From Takakia lepidozioides (taxonomy: Eukaryota; Plantae; Bryophyta), in assembly GCA_030704615.1 (NCBI GenBank), contig JAKLZA010000010.1, positions 62,001-126,000 on the forward strand: 64,000 nucleotides of DNA. The letters are read 5' to 3'. Below are positions 47,782 through 60,100 of the stretch, piece by piece (positions within the stretch are counted from its first letter, which is position 1; the number at the start of each line of letters is the position of its first letter). The notes below the pieces were generated by a model. The model was not told the origin of the DNA. It did not search any database and saw only the letters and a list, made by a program, of their open reading frames with translations. Both the position numbers and the translations under genes were made by a program.

Positions 47782-50700
47782 ATGCACGTCCACTTCTTTT
47801 TCAGAATCGGGACGGCGCTCTTGCGGGTCCACTTCGCAATTCCTGTCTGAGTGTTTTTTCCTCTGCTCGCCAGGACAACCACACAGCCTCTGTCGTCCAA
47901 CACCATGCGGGCAAGCCCGAATCATTTCTTCCAAAAGTCCTCCGAGTACCTGTTCCAAGATGGCAAAGCTTGCAGTCCTTCCACAGGCTCTCCGTCCGGA
48001 ATATCCAAGATGATCATATCGCAAGACCACTCGGTGGCATTTCCGCCCCTCCTACAATCCTTGTCTGCACACACCCTCTCAAATAATGAGACCATATTCT
48101 GAAATCCTGGGGTGTCGGAAGGCTTTTCGGCAGTCGCCTTCTTCAGTGCTCTGCCCTTCAGACCCTCCATGGTCTTCATGTATGCCAACTTCGCTGCCCG
48201 TCCATCCAAAGCCGCCAAGAAACTCTCATTTACACACTGGACTACTGTTTCGGGAGCCACTTTCGGCCTCTTCATTTCCACCGGCTCGAAAGGGTGCCCC
48301 CCTGGGGGGTTGAAGAGTGCCTTCTTTGCCGAGCCAGTTCTCGTGCCTCTCGTGACAACGGTGGGCACAGGGGAGGCAGCCTGCGTTTGGGGGGGTGGGC
48401 TGGTTGCAAAGTCTCCATCGGAGTCCTCTTCCTCACCCTCTTCCTGAACAGGCTATTTCTGCTTCTTCGTTTTGGCGGGTGTCACAACAGCTGCTCCTTG
48501 CTGGCGAGTCCTCTTCTTTGACCCCTTCTGTTGGGCCTGCACAGCTGCATCCACCGTCTTTTGTGCCATCTCAGTTGCCTTTCTGGATTCTTCCAGAGCA
48601 GCAGATTCCTTTGCCGACTTTGGCCCAGCAGGGACACGTCTTTCCTTTCTCTTCTCTTCTGCCAAGGCATGCAGATCTTTCTCAGACTCGTCAACAATAC
48701 CGCCAGACATATCCAGGTACCAGGGCATCCAACGAGATGCGCGGGATGCCATTGTTTCTGCATCTCGGGTGTGTAGACACAGCTTGGGCCCGCCACGGTC
48801 CAAGCCATGAAGAACGGGGGCTCTTGAGCCAGGGCCCCTGTCTGAAGGAGCACGTATTTCATATACCTGCAAGGCAGTCAGCATGCGTGAGCATAAGATT
48901 GGACGAACCTACTGGCAGAGTGCCACCGAAAACATAAAATGCAAATGCGGTGCCGCATTTCCGAGACAAACCTCGTAACCAGGCTTCGCATACAAGGGCA
49001 GCTGTGCTTCACCTGTAAACAATTCGCATTGCAGCTTTCCCCGCTCCCTCCTGATGTGTAAACTCCACGCTCCTTCTTGCTGTCTGTAGCTCTCTGGCGA
49101 AAAGGTTGTCCTTGTACGCACATCTGAAACGCGTCACGTAGTCTTCCAATGTCTGTGTTCCATCCCATTTGACGTACAAGCCGAACGAATTTGTGTGCAT
49201 TACGACTTGCTCCTTCGCATTCGACATTACCTACGATTCCCAAATGCATTGTCACGTAGCAGTTCAGGGAATTCATTTCAGAAAAGCAAATCTGGGGAAG
49301 TACCTTGAATTACCTGGAACCACCAAGTCATGCGGTTGAGCCACACATCCACTGCAGGGTCGGAAACTTCGAGTGGAAAAGACCACATTGTCCTTATGCT
49401 CTCGGATGCATTCCAGATCGACAGCCACCGTGTCTGCCATTTCCGATCCAATGTCAGGAGCTGGAAGAGAGTGGCTATTGCTAGGAAGGAACTTCAGTGC
49501 ATTGAAACCTCACCTTCTCTTTCGCCTCAACACATGCCGTTGAGAGGTGATGCAGTTTCTCCAATTGCATGGTCGGCTGCATGGCCCAAGAATAGTGTTT
49601 TGCAATCTCGGGATGAAGTCCTTTCCAAGTGCCGGATCTGCAATTGCCACCAGCTTCACAAGCTTTGACTTGTATTTGGTTCTGGACTTGACACCGGCTT
49701 CCTTCAAGTGCTCAGTCAATGACTGCAACGTTTTGACCTGCCCCTCACTTTCCATGAAGAAGCGTTTGGCATGGGCCAAATCCGGCTTGATGTTTGACTG
49801 CCAACAAAAACATGCAGAAGCGTTACATTCGATTCATGTGGAAAGATTACTGGAAATTGGGGAAGGATGAGCAGAGGGAAATCGGAGGACGACTTACTTT
49901 GTATATCACCTCCACCATTCCATCCATAGTGAGACGATACCATGTCCGGTCTGTTTTTGCAACGGCTTTCTGAATGAGCTCGGGCTCCAGCATTTCCGCA
50001 AACATCTGCGGATCAGTGAGACCAGTTTTCCTCACCCTGTACAGCATATGTGTCATGTGGGTATGCACGTACGCATTCTCAGTGACCCTGCAAGGCACAC
50101 TCTCCAGTTCAGTACACGGAAGCACGGAAACAAACCAGAATGGAAACCGAAATGCGGCACCGCATTTCGAACGTGCTAGGGAGGGTATGAGTATCTTACG
50201 AGTTGAGGTCCGCCATGGCATTCTTGAGCAGGGAAGAGTCTGCCGCCTTCACCTTCAGGATGACACACTCCACCATGTAATGCCAGCCAATGTGCTTGGC
50301 ATGGTTCTGCTTGATGTACTCCTACCAAGCAAGAAGTCGGTGATTCCCGTCCCACACAAAGAACATTTTACCCGACATATGGCCGAAGTCTGGATCACCC
50401 TTCAGCGTCGCCTCAAATTCGTGGTTGCGAGTGTGCCAGTGGGTATCCCACGTTGACAATTCATCGGCAGTGGGTCCACGAGTTTCGCCGTCCTCATTCT
50501 CAATGGAAACGTAAAACGCTGCCGATCCCAGACGGTACCCTTCTCGAAATGCGAACTTGAGCTTATCCACATCTCCGGGAAGGGCCTGCCTGACGATGGG
50601 AAGGGAGACCATGCGACAGAGTGGGATTCAAAGAGTCCGCTGGAATACCCTGCTGCCCAGAACTCTGCCAATGCTACTGTGTGTCTCCTCCAACATTTTA

Positions 50701-51108
50701 TCCGCTGCACTTTTGAAATCCTCCGGAGACATGTCTGTAGGTGCTGGCAGTGGCTGAGCAGCTGGAGCATCCTCAACTGGAGCTGCACTCTGGGGCCTGT
50801 CTGCGGGCAATTCTGCCATTGCAGAGGCCTCCTCCGGGCCTGCTTGCTCATCGGTGGTGAGGTCTTACTGCGAACGTTGAGCGGCAGCACCCTCCTCCGG
50901 TACCAAATCGACAGAAACGGTCGATCCCATTGCCTTCGCTGCAGCAGAGTCGGCCCCACCATCTACAGGCGGGAAATCCTCCAGGAACTGAGCTTCAGCT
51001 CGTGGAAGCGGTTTTGCGAGAGATTATTCGGCCGTCGCCCTGATTGCCTTCTGCTTCCTCATCCTTGCAGGTGAAGGTGTCTGCTGCAATTGAATCTGTC
51101 TTTTACCC

Positions 51109-51190
51109 GAGGTTTGCTATTTCATGAGCATGAGCGGCATGAGCGGCATGAGCAGAGTAGTAACACAATCGGTTTTCATGAGCAGAAGTA
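51109..51190 (+). repeat. Family B terminal inverted repeat with CATGAGC motifs
   Basis: Differs by 1 of the first 21 nt from the family A terminus. Confidence 0.85.
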
Positions 51191-51479
51191 CAAATTTCGA
51201 AAAATAAAAAACAATTAAAAAACAATAATTTAATGCAATGTGTCAGGAAAAACAAATATATTATTCGGCCCCTTGAAGGGAAAATTGCAGTTTTGACAGT
51301 TGTGCTCATGATATTTCGTCTTCCGCTCATGCCAATTCCCAGCGACATGTGCAAATATGGCGCCGAATTTCGCGGTAATAGGGTCCGTAACCTGAAAAAA
51401 CGGCGACGTATTTCGCGGTAATAGGTCTCTCTGGCGAAAAATGGTGCCGAATTCCGCGGCTATAGGTCCCCTCATGACA

Positions 51480-51790
51480 GGTAATTCGGCGCCATTTTTC
51501 CAGTGCATGTTCGGACTTAGCCAGTTTTCGGCGCAAAATAGGGAAATTCGGCGCCATTTTTCCAGACACTGTACCAGTGCATGTTGGGACTTAGCCAGTT
51601 TTCGGCCCAAAAAAGAGAAATTCGGCGCCATTTTTCCAGACACGGTACCAGTGCATGTTGGGACTTAGCCAGTTTTCGGCCCCAAAAAGAGAAATTCGGC
51701 GCCATTTTCCCAGACACAGGTACCAGTGCATGTTGGGACTTAGCCAGTTTTCGGCCCCAAAAAGAGAAATTCGGCGCCATTTTTCCAGAA
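51480..51790 (+). repeat. Subterminal ~74-bp tandem repeat with an imperfect B-type palindrome
   Basis: GAAATTCGGCGCCATTTT at 51543, 51617, 51691 and 51766. Confidence 0.92.
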
Positions 51791-51944
51791 ATGGCCCCAC
51801 AACTGCTTCTGTTGGATCTCAGTTTGAATGGAATATTGCCTCATTCCAGGAGTTTTGGGGTGCATTTCATTACACTGCAAAAAAAAAGTCTGATACAGCA
51901 AAATGCATTTGAAAATATCCATATGGAGGATTCCCTTTGCCCCA

Positions 51945-54900
51945 TCAATGATTTCTGGAATCCCTAAGGAGGAGTTTGTGCAGCTCGTTCACGCTCAACG
52001 CCGGTGCATGAATAAAGTCATCAATAGTCACGTTCATCCTCAACCTCTTCAGGTAGATGTAATACAGATGCTTGCACGGATAATACTTCGAACCCTTCTT
52101 TGCTTCCATCAACGAGAAGTCCGTACAATTGCAAGTCGGCTCCACTCCAATCGTAATTGTGTATACATCGTCGCGTACAGCCGAGCCGGCCGTTGCCATC
52201 CGATACACACGCCCAAGGCCGGGTGGGGGTACGTCCACGGAGCTCTGAATAGTGCAAGCCATCCCAAGAGCATTGGCAATCCGAGTCTCATTCAACTTGT
52301 TGGGAGGGTGTTGTCTCTTCACTCTTCCGAATCGCATTGTGGGATGTGCAGAATTGTCCAATCCGTCTCTACTGGACCGAGCAGTCTGCAATGGCTGGGT
52401 CTGAGGAACCGGAAATGCGTGGGCCGGGATGTCTGTGCGTTGCACCATTCGAAATCCTGCTGCAGATAGAGCATCCGCCTCATTCTGAGAGAGGCTGCAA
52501 CCCGGTGCAACAGGCTAGACGCCCGGAGGCTCCGACATTCCCTGAATCCCGTACTTGGGCTTGCCAAATACACAGGTCATTATGTCGTGCCTACAGAACC
52601 AAAATGTCTGCGTTGTGGCGTGAGCAAATGTGGGAGTCAAAAATCTGCCGCTGAAACAAGGTGCAGGTACAGCACCGTGTGGGTTCCTCCGAATCATCTC
52701 ACCACAACGTGCTCTCGTATCCACCCGGATGGCGCAGCACTTCCCTCGAAATGCCGGCAATGTCCTCGCAATTCTCCACTGTGACTCCGACACTCTTGTC
52801 TCCACAATGGGAATGTTGTACTGCTTTACTACAGATGGCTCGTTATGTTGTCGGGGCACGCGCCCTGTGCTCAAAGGAGATGGCGATCTTGAACGTGCAG
52901 GACTTGCGGTGCTCGACGAGACCTCCTCGGGCAACATCACCGGACCACGAGGGAGCGTGCAAATATTTTTGTCAGCTCGCCATGAATCCTCTTCTCCGCC
53001 AGGTGCCTCGTCAAGTCTTCGTCTCACTGGACGGGTATGAACATCTCCTTCCAAATGTTGGCCTCTTCGCAGCAATGGCGTGTCCCGAAGGCCCTCTCGC
53101 AAGGTCGCCGCCCACTTTCGAGGATTCTTTGATCTGGAGGCCGTCCGCATCAGCATTTCCTGCCTGTCCGGCCCCAAGCCCCACTGTTTCCCTTTCAAGA
53201 ACTCGTTGTACCTGCATTGCTGCATAATTGACCTCACAACGACGTGTCACCGAGGCGGCCGTTTGAGGAAGCGATGCATGTTTCCGAAAACGAGGCCGCC
53301 CAAGAGCGGGAGGAATCCGAGGAGTCGGAGCCTGTCTCTAATCCCCTTTTCCACAAGGTAACCGGGTAGAGAATCTGTTGCGGCTTACGGTTTAGAATAT
53401 TAGCCAAAGAAGCATCTCCGATTGTGTGTCCTCTCCTTTCATCTCACAAATAGCAATTGTCATTAGCATCCTGCAGTGGGTGTCGTAGACATGTGCACCC
53501 ATTGTCACCCACTGGTGATTTGTAATTCGCTTGATATGGTCGAACATGACCCAACTGTTTGACAAGTTCCCACTCGTCATCCTGTCGACCAGTTCGACGC
53601 CGCTGCCAGGTCCACACGTGGACATTTTGAATACGAAACAACGATCTGCCTCAGTCCCTTGTCCTGGAAACCTACTTCCATGAATGTAGTCATATCGACA
53701 TCGTCGCTTCACCTCCAGAATGGAGTGCATATCCGAGCCACGCCCAATTTTCTGTTTGCATGAGACAATGTGGTTTCGGACATTCGGTGAACATACATGG
53801 GACACCGACTCCAGCAATGCCTCCATTTCCTTCTCGTCGAGAGGAACTCTATCGGAGCCGTCTTCCGACATAATTCTGGCCAATGCCATCTTATGGGCGG
53901 CTTGGAGCTGTATCTGTTTGGGTTTGGCACCCGGTCTCAACTTAACCTCCTCCTGAACGAGCTCCTCTGCTTCGTGGGCAGCCTCCTGCGAGTTCCCCCT
54001 CGCCAATTTGTGACAATGGGAACCAACGTGTATGCAAGCTCGGGTGAGGTCAGGGAAACGGTGCAACACATAGAACTGCTTGGCATTACAAACAGACATG
54101 CAGTGTGGTGGTTCTTTGCAATGCGCACACTTAAATGTGGAGTTCGGAACCTTCTCCTGAGCTCGAAATGGTTGGTGAGCTGTGCCTGTCCAATCGGTCT
54201 CGTTCCTGTGACCTCTGGATTTAAAGTGGAAGCAAGTTGGGGAGAAACACCGCAACGCGCCCGCACAAACAACGTAGCGCACCCGCACACCATCGAGCAT
54301 CTTCATGCTGGTGGTTTTGGTAACGCACCAAGGATGACCGTCATGTTTTATATCCATATCTGTCAACATTCCGGACGCCCTCAAGTAGTCCGCCCGAGGA
54401 GGGAACTCAAAGAAGATATTACCGTCGACGTCGGCGGGAAGACATGTAACCGATTTAGTTGCGAACTTGCTGTAGTCCAGCCCGGCCAGCTCCGACCGGT
54501 GTCCTTCCAGGTGAAGCCCTCGCAGAATTTCAAGAATAGATCGAACTGCGGTGCTCGTGCTGGGAATATGACTCCCTCCTCCACTGACGTCCATTGAGGA
54601 CTTGCCTGATCTCCAGGACGACCTCAGAACTTCCATGACCTCGTCTGAGTCGGACAGGTTGTGAACAACCCGGTTCTCGCTCGTCTTCATGGATGGGTTC
54701 GGCTCTGGATTTACTTCGTTGCGGACTTCTCTCTTTGAGGTAGCCATTCTCTGATTCGCGGATTGTTTCGTGGAAGGCGCCAGGATAGAAGGTGCATTTG
54801 GCGGGCAAATGAAGTCCCCAACAGCCCTGTATATGACGCTGTCCGATGGTGGAACTCGCCATTCCCTGCCATCGCCGAAATCATCGTGGAGCACAACAAT

Positions 54901-55215
54901 ACTCTCGACAACAAGGCCGTTAGAGTCCTTCCTTTCCTCCTCCAAAAAAACCGACCCCGGTTTCAGGTGGTATCGAACGCACAGATATTTCTCCATCACC
55001 CGGCAGGTGTCCCCTCTGCACGGAAATGAAGCTCTATGCTCGTGAGGAGGGCAGTACACTGTAGCGCTCGGGTTTTCCGCCATGGGAGATGTGCACACAA
55101 GACTGCCAGGATGGCGTGCGGGGAAGCTCCCTGGTAGAAGGGGGTGCAATGATGGGAATGAATGCGATGCCGATTTGTCCGAGCGACGAAGCCTGATCCA
55201 AATCCAGGGAGCCAA
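51945..55215 (-). pseudogene. Family B Mutator-like transposase with internal deletion of most of the DDE core
   Basis: The 607-aa ORF matches the A transposase up to EDTQSEM.LW, then ~170 bp of unrelated DNA, then homology resumes at IMQQ..Y; SWIM at 51945-52448. Confidence 0.82.
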
Positions 55216-55384
55216 CTATCTCAAAAATCCACAGTCAGAGTGTTAATGAACCTTGTCTCCGGAATGCGGCCCCTGGTCTTTGCGCAATAACTGCCAACGG
55301 TATGCAGTCAGAAAGTGGGGGGCCGTCCGGATGATGACGGCTGAAGGGGAGAAGTCGGCACCGTGCCGTCACATTACTACCCCC

Positions 55385-57100
55385 GAATGGAAATTCGGCA
55401 CCCAATATCCAACAGAGGAAGCCCGGATGAAGTCGCCTCGGGCGCAGAGGCCGGCGCGTGTGCGACAGAGAACATCCCCTGGATGGAGATTCGGCGCCGA
55501 ATTTCCATCCGGGCCCCCCAAAGGGAGTCGTGTCGGGGGGTCAGGCCGAAAACTGGACGGCATAAAAACATCCCCAGATGGAAAAACGGCGCCGAATTTC
55601 CATCCGGGGCGGTTCGGATGCAGTCGGGGAGGGGGGGGTGGCCGGCACTTGGCCGTCACATTTCAACCCCCGGACGGAAATTCGGCACCGAATATCGAAC
55701 AGGGGACGCCCGGATGAAGTCGCCTCGGGCGTAGAGGTCGGCACGTGTTCGACAGAGAGTATCCCCTGCATGGAGATTCGGCGCCAAATTTCCTTCCGGG
55801 TCCCCCCAAAGGAAGTCTTGTCGGGGGGTCAGACCGAAAACTGGCCGACATAAAAACCTCCCCAGATGGGAAAACGGCGCCGATTTTCAATCCGGGGCCG
55901 TTCCAATGCAGTTGGGGGGGGGGGGGAGAGGTCGGCACCTGGCCGTCATATTTCAACCCCCGGACGGAAATTCGGCACCGAATATCCAACAAAGCGGCGG
56001 AGAGGCGGCACCTCTCCGACAGAGACCATCCCCCGGATGGAAATTCGGCGCCGAATTTCCATCCTACAGGTAAGTGGAATCCCGGATGGATGGAAATTCG
56101 GCGCCGAATTTCCATCCAGCAGGTAAGTGGAATCCCGGATGGATGGAAATTCGGCGCCGAATTTCCATCCAGCAGGTAAGTGGAATCCCGGATGGATGGA
56201 AATTCGGCGCCGAATTTCCATCCAGCAGGTAAGTCGGATCGCTGGCGTATGGATATTTGGCGCCGAATTTCCATTCGCCATGTATTTCATCGCTCAGAAT
56301 TACCTTCCTGCAGGTAATTCCTATCGATGCCGGTAGGAAGGTAATTCCTCATTCAGAATTACCTGCACGAAGGTAATTCTCATCTGGGAATTACATGCAG
56401 GAAGGTAATTCTGAGCGATGAAATACATGGCGAATGGAAATTCGGCGCCGAATATCCATACGCCAGCGATCCGACTTACCTGCTAGATGGAAATTCGGCA
56501 CCGAATTTCCATTTATCCGGGATTCGAATTACCTGCAGGATGGTAATTCGGCGCCGAATTTCGATCCATCCGGGATTCCACTTACCTGCTGGATGGAAAT
56601 TCGGCGCTGAATTTCCATTCATCCGGTATTCGAATTACATGCCGGATGGAAATTCGGCGCCGGATTTCCATCCGAGCGCTCCGAATTACCTGCGTGAGGG
56701 AAATTTGGCGCGCCGCCCGACCTGCGCGGATGGAAATTCGGCGCCGGATTTCCATCCGCGCGCTTCCGAATTACCTGCGTGAGGGAAATTTGGCGGCGCC
56801 GCCCGACCTGCGCGGATGGAAATTCGGTGCCGGATTTCCATCCGAGCGCTTCCGAATTACCTGCGTGAGGGAAATTTGGCGCGCCGCCCGACCTGCGCGG
56901 ATGGAAATTCGGCGCCGGATTTCCATCCGCGCGCTTCGGAATTACCTGCGTGAGGGAAATTTCCAGCGCCGCCTACCTTGCTGGATGGAAATTCGGCGCT
57001 GAATTTTCATCCTGCTGCGCTCCGAATTACCTGCAGGATGGAAATCGGGCGCCGGAATTCTATCGCGCAGCGCTCCGAATTACCTCTACGTTGGAAATTC
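55385..57100. repeat. Central array of B-type palindromes GGAAATTCGGCGCCGAATTTCC, including ~300-bp duplications, 55-bp and ~85-bp tandem units and a long inverted repeat
   Basis: Example: perfect 30-bp palindrome at 56088-56117. Confidence 0.95.
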
Positions 57101-57155
57101 CGGGACTGTTTACGTCGATTTTCATCCGACATGGAGGGCTTCATCCGACATTTAA

Positions 57156-60100
57156 TTGCGCAGTTGGGCAATAAATGTCGACCGCCGTCGGTTATTATTC
57201 GGGCTGGCGACGCATGGCTTCCTGGACACGTACCCTAAATCTCATGCTAATCTTGGCTTAACATGCTATTCGAGGCATGTACCCCAAAAAAGGAGATCTT
57301 TTTGGCTGGGACTTATGCCGCCTGAAGGGCGTGGCTCTCCTGAGAGAGACCTCACATCCAGACCGTGGCGGAAGTTGAAAGCTCTGTACTACGGACGACG
57401 GCCAATCTCTCGCATGGCCAAACTGAAGCTCCAGCAGGAGATTCCAGTGTCTTGCTCACAACCTGCGCCAACTGAAGCCGAGTACTCTTAGGCAAGCCAC
57501 TTCTGCTTTCGGTTTGTTCGATTTATTTTTTGCTTTCGCTTTGTTACCTCGCTTTGTTTTTGCATCTTCATCGTGGCTTCGCTGTATGAGTGAACTTTAG
57601 ATAGTTGAGTGAACCTTAGATTGTTTGCAATGCGTGTGCAAATCCGGCAGCTCTGGAGAAGGCTGCTTGTGCATGTCATTCTCAGGTAATGGTTGCATTT
57701 GTTTTCATTGTTGTTGCATGGCTCTCCATACTTCCTAAACTTGTTATGTTTTCATTTTTGCTACACGATTGTTGCTATGGTGGTTGCGCTGCTCGTTGCG
57801 ATGCTGCTTTTTGCACCGATGTTGGTTTTCACGATTTTTGTCAATGACAGAGTGACGACGAGCCCGGCACGCTGGTGGTATCATCGACAGCTCCAACTCA
57901 TCGCATGTTTGAATTGCCCAACTTGGGGTGAGAGGGCAAACTTAAACTTTTTGTTGGTGGACGGGAGGACTTGCAACGAGAGTACGACAGAGTAGGCATT
58001 GGGGAGGTTGGTGCAGGCGGCATGGCAGGTGAAGGGCGTGAGGACATGAGGACAGCAGATCCGGCAATGGAGGTTGTTCATGCACATGCAGTAGGGCCCG
58101 CCCACGCAAAGAAAAAGAAGAAAGCTAAGCACATGCAATCCCCGGCGAGAGAGCAGTCACGGGCTGCGGAGGGGGGAGTGAGCAGTGCGCGCAAGGGTGT
58201 CAGTTCGCCTCAATCAAAGGTGGTCGTCCTGGAGGGCTCCCCTGCTGCTAGCCCTAGTAAGAAACAGAAAGCCCGTGAGAGGGCAAAAGAGAGGGCAAAA
58301 GAGCAGACGAGACAGAATGCTAGCCAGGAGGAAAGAGAAAAGGCAGCTGAAGAGGCCAGGGGTGCCCAAATGACAGATGCCAATGTAAGCGAGGGACGCA
58401 CAGAGACGGTGGATCCCTCCAAGACACCAAGAGAGGCAGTAACACACCGGTTAGACCATCGCGGGCAAGAGCAGCCCCCGCAATTACCCATACGGTGGAG
58501 AGTGGAGGAGAGAAAGAACACCTGAAAGAGCACGGATTGTGCAAGTTCGAGGTGAAGCCAGGGAGAGGGCAGTAGAGACGGGAGAGTGCTGGAGGTGGTT
58601 TCGCAGGTGGCTGACCCTGTTGAGGAGGACGACAGGGAGCTTTCTGACCAGGATGACATCCTCCTGGACATCCCCAGGCCCCAAACCCGGAGCATACAGG
58701 CTGGATTTGGCGGTCCTGGTGGGCTGCCGGAAAACCCCTCTGTAGCAGACGTCATGTCTGAGGCGGATATGAAGTTGGCCGCTGCCAAGATGTTGGAGGC
58801 AACCCACAGCAACATTGGCAGGGTGTTGGGGGGCATGGTGTACCCGGCCAAGCTTCGAATTCCCCTTTGCCGCTTGGTGTCATTGCAGGTGGTGAGACCT
58901 GCCCTCCCAGGCGATATCGACAAGCTGAAATTCTCTTTCCGGGATGGATATCGAATGGGGTCTGCCGCGTTTTACGTTTCCATTGAGAACGACCACGGAG
59001 CTTCCCGTGCCCACACTTCCGATGAGGTGGACAAATGGGGTCCCCATTGGCAAACGCGAAATGAGGAGTTCGAGAGATCGATTGCTAGTGATCCTCTTTT
59101 CCAGCACTTGTCCGGTAAGATGTTCTACGTGTGGGACGGCAATCATCGCCTCCTGGCATGGATGGAGCACATTGCCCAAGCCCACCCCAACGACCTCGAT
59201 TGGCATTTCGCCGTGGATTGTGTTGTGCTGAAGGTTGCGGGGCCCAAAGATCGCAGTCTTCTCAAAGCTGCAATGGCGGACATCAACTCGTAAGTTACAA
59301 CGCCTCTCGCTTTTGGACTTTGAATTTGGAAGTCATTTCATTGCGAATCCTCATATATGATGAAAATTCCCATTTCAGTATTGTTTGATGGAAATGTGGC
59401 ACTGCAGGGTGACTGAGAATGCCTTCATTGCCACCAACTTGTCCCATATGCTCTTCCGAGTGAAGGATGTCGGGAAGCAGGGGGTGCAAGAGTTTGCCAA
59501 TTCCCTCAGTGCCGACCTCCTGCGCAAGTCGGAGGCAAAGGCAGACAGAACCTGGTATAGGCTGAGCGTGGTGGACTACATATTTCGGGTAAAGCTCCTG
59601 ACAGTTTTGTTGAGCTAATCTGTCTCTCCTCCCCCAATAGAAGAAATTGTGTTGAGCAGGATCTCTAATCTTATGTGCGCATTCTTGACAGACGAAAATA
59701 CAGCAGGATTTGGCACATGCGCGGAGGTTCTACATGGAGTCAGAGGAGAAGAATCCAACCCTCCCGGAACTGAATCATATGTCAAAGCTGCGGAGGTGAG
59801 GGCCCGCATAAAGTACAAGTCGTGGATGGTAAAGTACGTGGCCATAGCTGATCCCGCCCTTGGTGCCGACTTTCTGGTGGAGGTGGGGAAGCACTACTCT
59901 CGCGCTCTGAAGCCCACAATGACATTGGAGAAGCTCCATCGTCTAGCCACATCCTGTGTGGATGCAACAGAAAAGGTGATACATTCTTAACAAAATTGTG
60001 GTGGCAACAACTCTTTTTGTGGTGTTTGGCGCTTACGAATATGCTGGGTGGTTGGACAGACCCGGTGGCTCCAAATCTGGAATGGTTCCCAAAGTACCAG

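Larger units (their letters stand above)
33121..51108 (+). mobile_element. Partial family A copy A3 (equivalent to ~19500-25669), interrupted by the gypsy element at 36006-47781 and by family B at 51109
   Basis: Direct near-identity to A2 on both sides of the retrotransposon. Confidence 0.9.
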
